NCBI GenBank assembly: GCA_038321985.1
Contig: JBBQFN010000007.1
Location: 96,001 to 160,000, forward strand
Direction: 5' to 3'
Origin: Cyanophyceae cyanobacterium
GTDB taxonomy: Bacteria; Cyanobacteriota; Cyanobacteriia; Cyanobacteriales; Laspinemataceae
DNA: 64,000 nt
Shown: one piece after another, positions 1 to 11,181 of the stretch
Layout of the letters: every line of letters begins with the position of its first letter
Numbering within the stretch: position 1 is the first letter of the stretch
Notes under the pieces: generated by a model
Told to the model about the DNA's origin: nothing
The model's database searches: none
The model's input: the letters and a program-made list of their open reading frames with translations, nothing else
Translations under genes and position numbers: made by a program

Positions 1-961
1 TTACTGATTGCAATCCCAATAGTAATGCTTGACCATCGACTCCCCCTACACTTATATTTAGATTACCGGGCAATCGTTGGGTGGGATGACCATTGAGAAA
101 TACCGATTCCAAGGATTGTAACTTCTCCCATAACCGCTGTCGTAATCTGGTCAGGCGATCGCCTTCTGAGTCCATTTCTGCCAATCCCAACTCTACCGCT
201 TTGGCAAATCCCACAATCTGAGGGACATAAAGCGTCCCCGATCGCAATCCTCTTTCATGTCCTCCTCCATGAAGCTGGGGTGCAACTTTAACTCGGGGAT
301 TGCGACGACGAATGTAGAGAGCACCAATGCCTTTAGGTCCATAAATTTTATGAGCAGTTAATGACATTAAATCCACATTCATTTCCTGTACATTTAGGGG
401 GATTTTGCCAATTGCTTGTGCTGCATCCGTATGAAACAAAATCCCGTGTTCTTTACACCAAGATCCAATTTCCTGTAAGGGTTGTAAAACGCCTATTTCA
501 TTATTAGCTGCCATTACCGACAGTAACACCGTATCGGGACGTAAGGCACTTTCTAAGTCCGTTAAATCTAACAATCCCTCAGAATTAACCGGAAGATAGG
601 TTATTTCAAATCCCAAAGTTTCTAAATAGGCACAGGGGTCTAGAACGGCATTGTGTTCCGTTTGAACCGTAATGATATGCCGTCCTTTCTGAAAATAACT
701 CTCAGCAACTCCTTTAATGGCTAAATTATTGGCTTCGGTTGCACCACTGGTAAAAATCAATTCTTCCGGGGTGCTATGAATAGCATTAGCAAGGGTCTCT
801 CGTGCTTGTTGAATCGCGGCTTCGGCTTCCCATCCATATTGATGATTGATACTAGCAGGATTGCCGAAATATTCGGTAAAGTAAGGCAACATCGCCTGGA
901 TTACCCGTTGATCTACCGGGGTAGTGGCATGACAGTCAAGATAAATCGGGCGATCGGACAT
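1..961 (-). CDS. Cysteine desulfurase (IscS/NifS family, class V PLP enzyme); 3' end runs off the window
   Basis: Absent from the ORF track; translated by hand from ATG at 961: MSDRPIYLDCHATTPVD..., with FTSGATEANN, EHNAV, NNEIG, HTDAAQ, AHKIYGPKG and GGGHERGLRSGT motifs typical of group I desulfurases. Confidence 0.93.
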   Translation of the reverse strand, partial: MSDRPIYLDCHATTPVDQRVIQAMLPYFTEYFGNPASINHQYGWEAEAAIQQARETLANAIHSTPEELIFTSGATEANNLAIKGVAESYFQKGRHIITVQTEHNAVLDPCAYLETLGFEITYLPVNSEGLLDLTDLESALRPDTVLLSVMAANNEIGVLQPLQEIGSWCKEHGILFHTDAAQAIGKIPLNVQEMNVDLMSLTAHKIYGPKGIGALYIRRRNPRVKVAPQLHGGGHERGLRSGTLYVPQIVGFAKAVELGLAEMDSEGDRLTRLRQRLWEKLQSLESVFLNGHPTQRLPGNLNISVGGVDGQALLLGLQSV

Positions 962-1094
962 AAGCAATCTTGGGGGTAGGCTATTGTTTTAGCTTAACTT
1001 AAAAAAGTAAAGAAGCCAGATCGTACCCCGCCTTAATCCCATTTTAAAATTAATTTATACGCCATCTATTCCTATAAATGAGATAAAATTTATT

Positions 1095-2372
1095 TTAATC
1101 CGGTTGCTGAAATGCAAAGTTTTCAGTTTGGGTAAGAGGCTGATCATCATTTACTGAAGATTGGATACCCGTGGGTAATTCAATCTTAAATTCGGTTCCT
1201 TTTCCCGGATTAGAAATACATTCAATTGTCCCTTGATGTTGCTGTACAATAATTTGATAGGCGATGGATAATCCCAAGCCGGTTCCCGAACCTACGGCTT
1301 TTGTGGTAAAAAATGGGTCAAAAATTTGCGATTTGACCGCTTCAGGAATTCCAGGGCCATTATCGGCAATTCTGATAGAAACTGAGTTTTCGCTTAAACT
1401 TTCAGTTTGAATGGTTAAACAACCTGGAGTAGAGGCGGAGTGGAAAATGGAGCTTTCTAGGGCATCGATCGCATTATTGAGGATTTGTAAAAATGCCTGA
1501 TTGAGTTGAGCCGCGTAAGACTCAATTGAGGGTAATTTTCCATATTTTTTAATCACCTGAATCGTTTGATGAGTTTCATTAGATTGTAAGCGATGACCTA
1601 AGATTAATAACGTACTGTCCAGGGCTTCATTAACCTGAATACACTGCAATCCGGAGCGTTCAAAATGAGTAAATTCTTGGAGAGATAAGACAATTTTACG
1701 GATGCGATCGCTCCCATGCTGCATCGAACCAATGACTTTCGGTAAATCTTGAAGCAGGAAATTCAAATCAATAATTTCAAGTTTAGTTTGAATGACATTG
1801 CTAGGTTGCTTCAATTCTCGTTGATACAAATGAACTAGGTCGATCAAGTCTTGGGTATAGGTTTGTAAATGGCTGAGATTGCTATAAATAAAAGTGACAG
1901 GATTGTTGATTTCATGAGCAACTCCAGCGACAAGCTGGCCGATGCTTGACATTTTTTCACTTTGGATTAATTGGGACTGTGCACGTTGTAGATCTCTCAG
2001 GGTTGTACTCAGGCGTAAACCGGCACGAACCCGCGCCATCAGTTCATCGGTATCGATGGGTTTAGAAACAAAATCATCAGCCCCCGAGTCCAAGCCTATT
2101 ACGCGATCAGTTACCAGTTCTCGGGCAGTTAAGAGAATAAAAAAGGTACTGGATAAAGAGGGGTTAGCTTTGACATATTTGCAAACGGCTAATCCATCAA
2201 CTTGAGGCATCATCCAATCACAAATAATTAAATCCGGGCGGAGTCTTTCGGCCTGCTCGATACCCTCTTCACCATCGGAAGCGATCGCCACATCGTGACC
2301 TTCACTTTCAAGCAAGTCTTGGAGCACGATCTGAACGGTAATATCATCATCAATGGCTAAAATTTTACCCAT
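1095..2372 (-). CDS. Hybrid response regulator receiver / histidine kinase (REC-HisKA-HATPase)
   Basis: N-terminal REC (AIDDD...ICDWMMP...FVSKP), H-box VAHEINNP, N box and G boxes ([14 protein letters not shown]). Confidence 0.92.
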   Translation of the reverse strand: MGKILAIDDDITVQIVLQDLLESEGHDVAIASDGEEGIEQAERLRPDLIICDWMMPQVDGLAVCKYVKANPSLSSTFFILLTARELVTDRVIGLDSGADDFVSKPIDTDELMARVRAGLRLSTTLRDLQRAQSQLIQSEKMSSIGQLVAGVAHEINNPVTFIYSNLSHLQTYTQDLIDLVHLYQRELKQPSNVIQTKLEIIDLNFLLQDLPKVIGSMQHGSDRIRKIVLSLQEFTHFERSGLQCIQVNEALDSTLLILGHRLQSNETHQTIQVIKKYGKLPSIESYAAQLNQAFLQILNNAIDALESSIFHSASTPGCLTIQTESLSENSVSIRIADNGPGIPEAVKSQIFDPFFTTKAVGSGTGLGLSIAYQIIVQQHQGTIECISNPGKGTEFKIELPTGIQSSVNDDQPLTQTENFAFQQPD

Positions 2373-2676
2373 AATTTGATTATTATTAATATTTTTTGCG
2401 CCTAATTTTTTCCCTTCACCCAGGAAATGTAAAAATAGTAGAGCCTGATTTTTATTCTAATTTAAACGGGCAATCCCTAGGGCTTCGGTAGGTACGGCTT
2501 TGGAAATCCGAGTTAGGTTCCAAAATATCTACAATCAGCACCCCGGGGAATACCAAAAACCCGATTTTTTGTCCCCTTTATTTAATCCGTACCTTACCGC
2601 CTGAGTCAAATCCTGGAGATGTGACAAATGGCGGCAAACCCCCCTGAAGCAGACCCGGGGGGCTGATTCAGATGAT

Positions 2677-5600
2677 TCAAGATAACTCGGGTAAATGAGT
2701 GTCGATAAAGTCACAAACGCTCTGTAATTGCGCTTGTAAGCACGATAAAGCTGCGTCGGCTTCGGATAAGCGATTTTCCCGAGCCAAAGTGCCTAAGTGT
2801 TCAGCTTGGGCTGACATTGCTTGCGCTCCCACATTAGCACTCGCTCCTTTCAGGCGATGGGATACCCGGTCAACCTTAACACAATCATTAGCTTGAATGG
2901 CGGAGGCGATCGCCTCCGTATCGATAGTCGCAGTTTTGGCAAACGCTTCTAACAGTCGGCGCTGGAGTGCGGATTTACCGCGCGAGATTTGCGCCAAACG
3001 GTCTAGGTTGATGGGTTCTGCGGAGTCGGGTGCGATCGCCGGGGTCGGACTGGGAGGGTTCTCGGGAGTCGGAAACTCCGGTTGTCGGTGTTTGCTCAAC
3101 GAGCTTGAAGGATTAGAGAAGGCAATCCACTGTTCTAAAAGCCGACTCAAATGGTGTAAATCAACGGGTTTGCTGATGTAGTCATCCATACCTGCTGCTA
3201 GACACTTCTCCCGTTCCGCAGGCATAGCATGAGCGGTGAGAGCAATGACAATGGTTTTGTGAGGTGTGGAGTCGTCTTGGGGGGGATAATCGCGACTAGG
3301 AGACGGACCAAGGGACCCAGCGGCTTCCCGTTTACGGATTTCTTGGGTAGTTTCATACCCATCTAATCCGGGCATCTGACAGTCCATCAACACCAAATCG
3401 TACTGCTTTTGATCTAAGCGGGCGATCGCTTCGAGTCCATTGCTAACACATTCGCATTGATAGCCTAATGTCTCTAATTGTTGTACGATGACCTGTTGAT
3501 TGATGGGGTGGTCTTCTGCCACTAAAATATTTAGCCGAGAACGAACCTCCGGTTGAACAGGGGTAATGGTCTGTTGAGAGACAAAGCGATCGCCTCCAGT
3601 CCTCTGTTTACCAACGGCTTGCTCGCTCATCACAGACATCAGGGAATGAAACAGCCGGGATGATCGCACGGGTTTGACGAAATATTCTTGGACACAACTC
3701 AAACCCCGCTGTTGTGCAGATTGCACCAGTTGTTCGGCGCGATCGCGATATTGGAGTTTCGTCATCAAAAACAACTGGGTTTGTGCGGATACAGTGGATA
3801 GCTTTTTAATCAATTCCTCTAGGATCGCCGCTTCCGACTCTTGATAATCTTGATCATCCTCCCAGGTATCCCCCTCAATGCCTAGGAGCAAAAGTAGGTC
3901 AACGATCGCCACCTGATAGGGTTTTCCGGCGGCTGTCGAAACTTGTAGGCTCTCCCAAAAACTGCTAGAGTTTTCCACATCATCAATGTCCACTCCCCAA
4001 TCAGCCGCCATAAATCGTAACGATTGACGAGTTGTAGCACTCCCCTCCGCAACTAATACTTTAATTTTTGTTAATGCCTGGGGCCTTGCACAACGAGGAA
4101 TGGAACCCGATACCCGCGTCCCCTGTTTGAGAAACTTGAGTTCAAACCAAAAAGTTGAGCCGCTAACGGGGTTACTTTTCACCCCGATTTCTCCCCCCAT
4201 CAAGTCTACCAACTGTTTGCAAATTGCCAGTCCTAAACCAGTCCCCCCATATTCTCGCGTGGTCGAAGTATCGACTTGAGAAAAGGATTGAAAGAGTTTA
4301 TCCTGGCGATCGCGCGCAATTCCGACCCCCGTATCTTTGACCGTAAATCGCAGCCAAACCTCTTTCCCCATCTCCTTTGGGGACAAGGGTTTGACCGACT
4401 GATTCACCTGAACCACTACTTCCCCATTTTGGGTAAATTTAATCCCATTATTGACCAAATTTAACAAAATCTGACGCAAACGGGCTGAATCTCCCACCAA
4501 GTGTTGCGGCACATTGGGGTCAATCCAAGCTGCTAATTCTAAACCTTTGGCATGAGCTGGAGTCGCCAACAAATCCATCACTTCTTCAATACAGCTTGAC
4601 AGTTGAAAATCTAAAGATTCGAGATTCATTTCACCGGCTTCCAGCTTAGAAAAATCCAAAATATCATTAATCACCCGCAATAAATGTTCTCCACTGATCC
4701 GGATGGTTTCAGCGCAATCCCTTTGCTGAGAAGAAAGCTGGGTTTGTAACAATAACCCTGTCATTCCTAGCACCCCATTCATAGGAGTACGAATTTCATG
4801 GCTCATGTTGGCGAGAAATTGGGATTTGATTCGGGCTGCTTCTAGGGCAGCTTCGCGAGCTTCCACCAGTTCATTAATATTATCGGTGACAATGGCAATT
4901 CCTCCAACTTCCCCAGTGGGACTGTACCAGGGCTGCATTGCCCAGCGCTGATACAGTTTAGACCCATCGGCGCATTCCCAGCAATCTTCGCTAGAGGAGA
5001 TTGCTTCTCCTGCAAGAACCCGGGCAAACGGTTGGCCCCAGAGTTTGAACAGATCCGGCATTACTTCAAAAAAGTGACATCCGATCCAAGAAGGATTCTT
5101 GCTAGAACGAGCGCCGTCGTAATCGCCCAACCACTTCTGAGAATGGGCAATATACCGCAAATTGCGATCAAGCATTGCCATCTCAACGGGTGCTCGATTG
5201 ATGATTTCTCGCAGTTGGAGGCGTTCATTTTCTAGACCTTCTTGGTAGCGTTTGCAGTGAGTGATATCTTTGTGAGTGCCTAATACTCGCCGAATTTTTC
5301 CTTGGCGATCGCGCTCTATCACCTTTCCCCGGTCCTGAATCCACAGCCATTCGCCGGTTTTCAGGCGAATCCGGTATTCAATTTTAAAATTCGGAGTCTT
5401 TCCGTTGAGATGCACGTTCCAGGCGGCGATCGCACCGGGTAAATCCTCTGGATGAATTAACTTACGCCAGGATTGCACCGAATGTAGGGGTTCATCGGGC
5501 ATCCAGTCGGCGATTGCTATCCATTTTTTCCCGATTACCAAGTCCCCCGTCTCCAGATTCCAGTCCCATAAGTCCAGATTGCTGCCTTCGAGGGCTAATT

Positions 5601-7755
5601 GCAATCGTCGGTGACTTTCCTGAAGGCGCAGACACTTGCGGTTTTCACGATCGCATTGCCACTGGATTTGTCCGTCACCATCAGCGACGTTTATATCTAC
5701 AATGTTGCTATAGATACTAAAAACCCCGACGACCGCTCCAGTTTCATCGGTAATGGCATGAGCCTGCAAAAATGCTGTCGTGTCCGTTTGGTCTTTTTTT
5801 TGTAACCAAACTTCCCCCCGCCAACTATACCCTTGCCGGAGGCGGCGAAAAAATTCCCGATCCAGTTCGGGAGTACCATACAGTTGACAAATCCCCCCTA
5901 CCCCATTGATTTCATCCGGGCTATATCCAAAGTGTTCTTGAAAGGCGTTATTTTGATAGGTGAGAATTCCATTGAGATCCGTGATCACAATGGCATCCGG
6001 GGAGGCATTTATACCCCGTTCTAGGAGGGATACAGATGCCCTCGGCCACGGATGAAAGTTTAGCGAGGGTAGCGAAGGTATCCTGGGTTGCGTCGCCAGA
6101 CTGTAGCGCAACTGCTTTGAATATTTAAGATGCTTAAGAAATAATTGGGTTAAGGCTTGACGGTAGGGGGATTTGAGAGGTTGTTTGCGGATGTTTGACT
6201 GCCCTTGCCTGAGTTCGAGGGTTAATACAATCGAAGGCTGTAATTCCGTCGGTTCACTCCCGGAGGAATCCGGCGAGTTGGCCGGGGAAATCAGACTCGG
6301 CGGTGCCGTGACCTCAACCTGATCCGGTGCGATCGCGCTTTGTCCTTTCCAGATTAACATCACGACTTGATGATGGCGATCAAAGACGGGTTTGATAGAA
6401 AAATTAACAAACTTGCAACCGCCGGTGCACCCTTCGAGACGCAAGCGACTGCGGACCAATTCTCCTCCAGCAGCTTTGGCGATCGCCTCCTTTAATTGCT
6501 CCTGTGTAGCACTGAACACAGAACCCGCGTTGCTCCCGCCTGTATGCTCACAGGGAGTTGGGTTGGATTCATTCGTAGTCCACCAGCGAGTATTCCAAAA
6601 GGGCAAACCCACTTCCTCTTCCGTCTCAGAAGGAGAACTAAGCCTCTGCTGTTGAGTATGAATCTCCAAAAGGGTTCCCTCCGGTGCTAGCACCGCAGTC
6701 GCTTCCCAAGTTTCCGGGAGTAGGGATAAGGCACTAGGATAGAGGCGGTTAGCCTGAGATTGCCTTTGATAAGCTGCGATCGCCCGTCCTGCGATTTCCA
6801 AAGGAGCGATTTCCCCCAGACTTAAGCTATTTTCCGAGTGGTACTCAAACCCGAGCCATCCCAAACAGCACTCATCGGCGATCGCCGGGATGAGTAGAAT
6901 CGAGGCAATCCCGCGATTGACGAAAAAATCTCCCTCTGATTTCAGCAGTTCTTTCACAGAAATAGAAATGGGTTCTCCTGGGGATCTAGAGGCGATCGCC
7001 CCTAAGTCCGGTAGCGTCGGTACCGTACTTTCAAGGGGGAACTCCTCGCCATACCACTGCGATCGTAACCGACTTTTTCCCCCAGACTCTGCGGGTTCAG
7101 TTTCCCAGAAATAGCCACCGATCGCACCCGATACCTGAGCCAGTCGTTGTAGAATTTCTCCATAGAGTTGAGTTTCAGCCTCAGCATCTGGAGTTAATGC
7201 CCGGAGTAACAAATACTGGATTTCAACCACCGCCGTTAAGTAGTTATGAAAGCAGCCCGCATCATCAGTTTCAAACTGCGGGTCCCGATGATTACATCCC
7301 TGACAAACAGAACTGACAGAGGCCATTTCCCCAGTAATTCGAGGGGAAGTTTGGTCTGTGGACACCGATTTGCTGTGAGTCTTGGGGCGACTCGGACCAA
7401 TCAAACGGCCTTCCCACTGCCACGATTGCTGCCTCTCAACGGCGACCTTGATCGATTGCATTAATCGCTTCCAGTCCCGGGAATGCACGCGAGCATTCAC
7501 TTGCACCCTAACAGATTTAGAGCTTCCGGGATCAAAATTTCCCAGAGTTGTGCCAGGGATACCCCAATCTCCACCCTCTACCCTCGGATGACTGCTGAGA
7601 TCGTCTTGACTCCAAGCCAGATCAAGCACTTCCAGCACAATCGCTTGATTGCTACTCTGATCTGCCCTAACTTGACCAGACCCTATGGATTCCGGCGGAG
7701 TCAATTTGTCAGATCGTGAGGATGAAGGGGGATTCGGTTCTACGGGAATGACCAT
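2677..7755 (-). CDS. Large multisensor hybrid histidine kinase (GAF/PAS-PAC sensors, HisKA, HATPase, two REC domains, Hpt)
   Basis: PAS/PAC signatures (DAIVITD, IHPED...EYR...GEWLWI), [31 protein letters not shown] and C-terminal Hpt [12 protein letters not shown]; start position uncertain. Confidence 0.9.
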   Translation of the reverse strand: MVIPVEPNPPSSSRSDKLTPPESIGSGQVRADQSSNQAIVLEVLDLAWSQDDLSSHPRVEGGDWGIPGTTLGNFDPGSSKSVRVQVNARVHSRDWKRLMQSIKVAVERQQSWQWEGRLIGPSRPKTHSKSVSTDQTSPRITGEMASVSSVCQGCNHRDPQFETDDAGCFHNYLTAVVEIQYLLLRALTPDAEAETQLYGEILQRLAQVSGAIGGYFWETEPAESGGKSRLRSQWYGEEFPLESTVPTLPDLGAIASRSPGEPISISVKELLKSEGDFFVNRGIASILLIPAIADECCLGWLGFEYHSENSLSLGEIAPLEIAGRAIAAYQRQSQANRLYPSALSLLPETWEATAVLAPEGTLLEIHTQQQRLSSPSETEEEVGLPFWNTRWWTTNESNPTPCEHTGGSNAGSVFSATQEQLKEAIAKAAGGELVRSRLRLEGCTGGCKFVNFSIKPVFDRHHQVVMLIWKGQSAIAPDQVEVTAPPSLISPANSPDSSGSEPTELQPSIVLTLELRQGQSNIRKQPLKSPYRQALTQLFLKHLKYSKQLRYSLATQPRIPSLPSLNFHPWPRASVSLLERGINASPDAIVITDLNGILTYQNNAFQEHFGYSPDEINGVGGICQLYGTPELDREFFRRLRQGYSWRGEVWLQKKDQTDTTAFLQAHAITDETGAVVGVFSIYSNIVDINVADGDGQIQWQCDRENRKCLRLQESHRRLQLALEGSNLDLWDWNLETGDLVIGKKWIAIADWMPDEPLHSVQSWRKLIHPEDLPGAIAAWNVHLNGKTPNFKIEYRIRLKTGEWLWIQDRGKVIERDRQGKIRRVLGTHKDITHCKRYQEGLENERLQLREIINRAPVEMAMLDRNLRYIAHSQKWLGDYDGARSSKNPSWIGCHFFEVMPDLFKLWGQPFARVLAGEAISSSEDCWECADGSKLYQRWAMQPWYSPTGEVGGIAIVTDNINELVEAREAALEAARIKSQFLANMSHEIRTPMNGVLGMTGLLLQTQLSSQQRDCAETIRISGEHLLRVINDILDFSKLEAGEMNLESLDFQLSSCIEEVMDLLATPAHAKGLELAAWIDPNVPQHLVGDSARLRQILLNLVNNGIKFTQNGEVVVQVNQSVKPLSPKEMGKEVWLRFTVKDTGVGIARDRQDKLFQSFSQVDTSTTREYGGTGLGLAICKQLVDLMGGEIGVKSNPVSGSTFWFELKFLKQGTRVSGSIPRCARPQALTKIKVLVAEGSATTRQSLRFMAADWGVDIDDVENSSSFWESLQVSTAAGKPYQVAIVDLLLLLGIEGDTWEDDQDYQESEAAILEELIKKLSTVSAQTQLFLMTKLQYRDRAEQLVQSAQQRGLSCVQEYFVKPVRSSRLFHSLMSVMSEQAVGKQRTGGDRFVSQQTITPVQPEVRSRLNILVAEDHPINQQVIVQQLETLGYQCECVSNGLEAIARLDQKQYDLVLMDCQMPGLDGYETTQEIRKREAAGSLGPSPSRDYPPQDDSTPHKTIVIALTAHAMPAEREKCLAAGMDDYISKPVDLHHLSRLLEQWIAFSNPSSSLSKHRQPEFPTPENPPSPTPAIAPDSAEPINLDRLAQISRGKSALQRRLLEAFAKTATIDTEAIASAIQANDCVKVDRVSHRLKGASANVGAQAMSAQAEHLGTLARENRLSEADAALSCLQAQLQSVCDFIDTHLPELS

Positions 7756-9824
7756 TCAATTTACCTTTTTTAAAATTCGACTTTAAATTTGGGGGTCGAT
7801 AATTATAGGATTCAACCGTTTGAGATAGAAATTACTATTCTCTTGGCGATTTTAATCGGTTTTTTATTTTTTGTCTGAGAAAAATGTTGAGGCTTTTCCC
7901 CGCTGGGGTCTGGGCGAATGCTGGCTGCTTCTTCAGTCATCTGACGCCATCCTAGTCTCAATGTCACTCTTGCTCTAGTTTAATTCGAGACCCAGCACAG
8001 CGAAGGCAGTTAGGAGCGATCGCGTGAGCGTTCTTCCTATCAATCGGGTTAGGGTAGGGGCTTTTCTCAAGGGTGGTGCTCAGCTATTCAAAGGGTTGCT
8101 CTTATAAAATCGCAGTCTATTCTAATGCTCGATTGGATTTAGACAGGCTATATATTTGGCAATAGGTTCGCCGGGAAGTGGGAACGATGTATTTATTACC
8201 CCCATCCGACGGGTCATTGAGGGTTTTCCCTATATTCTCCGGCTGCCCGATCGCCATCCTGTATAAAGAGCAGCCCGGATCAGCCGTGGCGATTTCTGTC
8301 GCTTTTACAGGTTGCGCCCGTCCCCTGGGTGTGAGATGCCCCTGCCCTTTCCACTTCTGAAACAGTAGAGTGTACAGCTAAGACGAGTCTTTGTGATCGT
8401 CTGCGATCGCTGCTTCACCCCCGCCTAGGTTCCGATCTCAAACCCCGTTTTTAGGCGGCTCAACTATCATAAATATTGCGAAATATTACAGGAATCAGTC
8501 CTTATCCCACCCCGATTGTTTTTAAAGTCTCGGCAGGGGTTGCCAAAGTATTAAGAACCGACTAGGGGATGAAATCGCACGCCCTTCCTGCTTCGTTTAC
8601 CCAGTTCCCTCCGTGTTCGGGGTACCGATTGATTCATCGGACAATTCGTGACATCAAATCCTCGGGAATTGTACCCCGATGTTGTCCAGCTTTTTCTAGG
8701 ACGTAAAGGGTAGATATTCCTAGGGGAGTCGCCTCCGTTCCAGAAAATTTGGGGGGACCTACAGTACAAATACTAGAAAGGTTTGAACGGATTTGAACGG
8801 AGAAAGTTCGGGGTATTGATCGCCGTCTTATCCTTGTCCCGTGGTAGATTGAAGGCCGGGGCTATTGTGGTGTGATCGTACCAAAAAACTCCGGAAGTGG
8901 GGTTACTCTCAGGCGGGTTCAACGGCTATTCGATCGCTTTAACCCCGAATCAATAATCGAGACAATCTACCTCGGATTTTGGGGAGAAGGGGAAACGTTT
9001 TAGGCGGGCGATCGCCCCAAAGTTTTACGGAGTAAATGGACTCCATTTAAACCCAAATTGGTATAAATCAGGGTCAAGGACGGCCTGCACCGGGGGATTT
9101 CACGTCAGTTTATTGAACAGAACTTAAAGTTTTTGGCAAGAGGTACAGCCCTAGTTCCTCGGGCGATCAGGTCAGGGAATCGGTGGAGGATGGAGCGACT
9201 CTAGAGAATAAAGAACCCTTTGATTCTTTCCCTTTTACCTCCCACTCCTACAGGGGATTGATTTTAACAAAAGTCCCCATCGTTCCAGTTAACTCGTAGA
9301 AGTAAACTTAACGGATCAACCCGGTGATCGCCTCACGAGTGCGATCGACCTATCAAAAAAACAAAAGTTTTTGACGAAATCAACAGATTCCCTTTACAAT
9401 AACAAACAAGATTGCTACTGTAGAGCGGTCTCAATGCTACTGTAGTGACAACCGGCTTAAACGCGAACCTCTCAAGAGAGTAGCGCAGGTAGACGGTCTT
9501 GCAAAGGACAAGTTTGAAGCAGGGTTCAAAGACGCTTTGTAATCCGATTTTTCGCCCAAACGTCTCCAACGCTAGGGCGATGATGCAATTCATAGAATTG
9601 AACGGGTAAGTAGGAAACTGCTTTCTAGTCGGGTTATGTCGTGTTATAAAGGTTAAAAGAATGGCGATCGCTCTTGAGCGCGATCGGCCTTCTAAACCGG
9701 CGATCTGCTGCAACCTCTTTGCCACCTTTGATCAAACTCGTAAACGCGATCTGACTCCTCTAGTAATATTCATTGCTAAAGGTAGATGCGCTTCGATGTA
9801 TTTTCGATCTATAAATCCCAGATC

Positions 9825-9878
9825 AACCCTGTATGACGTCCCCAAGACGCTATAGGATGGGATAACCCTGTATGACGT
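9825..9878 (+). promoter_or_regulatory. Pair of identical 15-bp direct repeats AACCCTGTATGACGT directly upstream of the RHH gene; candidate operator
   Basis: Copies at 9825-9839 and 9864-9878 (39-bp period); the second ends 8 bp before ATG 9887. Confidence 0.55.
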
Positions 9879-9886
9879 TATAGAAA

Positions 9887-10852
9887 ATGCCAACAAAACC
9901 CGTTACCTTAAGACTACCTGAAGAACTCTTAGCGGCGATCGATGAGATTGTTGCTTCCGCCAGTACCAACCCAACCGAAAATACCAACCGAACCGAGGTC
10001 GTAGTTAAAGCTCTCCAACAAGTCTTTTTCGGAGAGGCAACTCAACCCACCCCTACGACAACTCCTGCAAGTCCTGCAAGTCCTGCAAGTCCTGCAAGTC
10101 CTGCAACCACTCCCGATACTGCCCTCCTAAACAGACTCGAAGACTTAGAGGTGAAAATCTCTAGTGTCATGGATCGCTTAGATTCCGATGTTCTATCCCG
10201 CCTAACCAAACGAGTCAGCGTCTTAGAAGAAGGGTTAAGTTCCTCCGAACCTGCTACTGCTGACGAAGCTCCTTCCGCCCCCAAAACCGGGACCCAACGC
10301 CAAAAAAGAGCGACTACGGTGAAGGAACCCAAGACAACCCGGGTATCCAAAGTAGCTGATGAGCCCAATGCATCTAAAGCAGCCGATGAACCCAAGGCAT
10401 CCAAAGAACCGGATGAACCCAAAGCATCTAAGGAGTCTAAAACTAAAACGGCAACCCGAGCCCCAAATGGACGGCGACGTCAGGCTAAAGCCGAAAAAAA
10501 GCTCCCAGCCGCAAAAGAAGCTCCTAAATCAAAAACAATTGCTTCTCCCCCGGCAGAGGAACCAACCCCAACCAAACAACGCAGAACTCGTGCTAAATCA
10601 ACCCCCGAGGTTGCTTCCGCTGCCCCAAAGAACAAGCGGGGGACGATAGAATGGCTCACCGTCAAAGAGGCATTTGAGCAACTTGGCGGCGATGCAAATG
10701 ACCCAGAATCGACTATTTCCAGCAATGATGACTCGCGATCTGTAAAATTAAACCGCTTCCGAGTGCTAAGTGCATCGGATTATCAAACCTTCGGTTTAGA
10801 ATTTCGGCCCGATCGCCGTCGTCGCCGCTTACCCTGTTTGCGGAAACTATAA
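9887..10852 (+). CDS. Ribbon-helix-helix (CopG/Arc-like) domain protein with long low-complexity linker and basic C-terminal domain
   Basis: N-terminus KPVTLRLPEELLAAIDE...NRTEVVVKAL fits the RHH pattern; followed by a coiled coil, a P/A/K/E/T-rich linker and C-terminal WLTVKEAFEQLG. Confidence 0.7.
   Translation: MPTKPVTLRLPEELLAAIDEIVASASTNPTENTNRTEVVVKALQQVFFGEATQPTPTTTPASPASPASPASPATTPDTALLNRLEDLEVKISSVMDRLDSDVLSRLTKRVSVLEEGLSSSEPATADEAPSAPKTGTQRQKRATTVKEPKTTRVSKVADEPNASKAADEPKASKEPDEPKASKESKTKTATRAPNGRRRQAKAEKKLPAAKEAPKSKTIASPPAEEPTPTKQRRTRAKSTPEVASAAPKNKRGTIEWLTVKEAFEQLGGDANDPESTISSNDDSRSVKLNRFRVLSASDYQTFGLEFRPDRRRRRLPCLRKL
10063..10106 (+). repeat. In-frame 9-bp tandem repeat TCCTGCAAG (about 4.9 copies) encoding (PAS)n
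   Basis: Seen directly in the sequence. Confidence 0.95.
10358..10435 (+). repeat. Three degenerate in-frame 27-bp repeats encoding DEP(N/K)ASK(A/E)
   Basis: Units start at 10358, 10385 and 10412. Confidence 0.9.
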
Positions 10853-11129
10853 CTTAACACCACCAGCGATCGCCCAAAACAGCAGTATTTTCGCCTTAAT
10901 CTAACGGAGTGCGAGGCGAATTCAAATCAAGTCCTGCTGTTTTGGGTAAGGTCTTTCCCCATAATGCTATTCGAGGGCGCACTCAGTGTGCCTTCTTCTT
11001 AAAGATATAGGCACTACCGCCATCTTGTACCAAACCCCTGTTTTAAAAGCCTGATTTAGGGGTGGTTCTTTGTTTTTTTATCATTTAAAGCCGGAATTAG
11101 TTTTATATAATAACTGAAAAAAAGCCAAC

Positions 11130-11163
11130 AAAAAAAGCGCCCCCAATTGGGAGCGCTTTTTTT
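11130..11163 (-). terminator. Intrinsic terminator of psbA, potentially bidirectional
   Basis: A7-GCGCCCCC-AATT-GGGAGCGC-T7 hairpin 18 bp past the psbA stop. Confidence 0.85.
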
Positions 11164-11181
11164 ATTCAACAATCAATCAAA

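Noticed and set aside
9333..9725. 130-aa minus-strand ORF and other short ORFs in the 7.8-9.9 kb gap
   Set aside because: Non-ATG starts, no RBS, no recognisable motifs; probably spurious.
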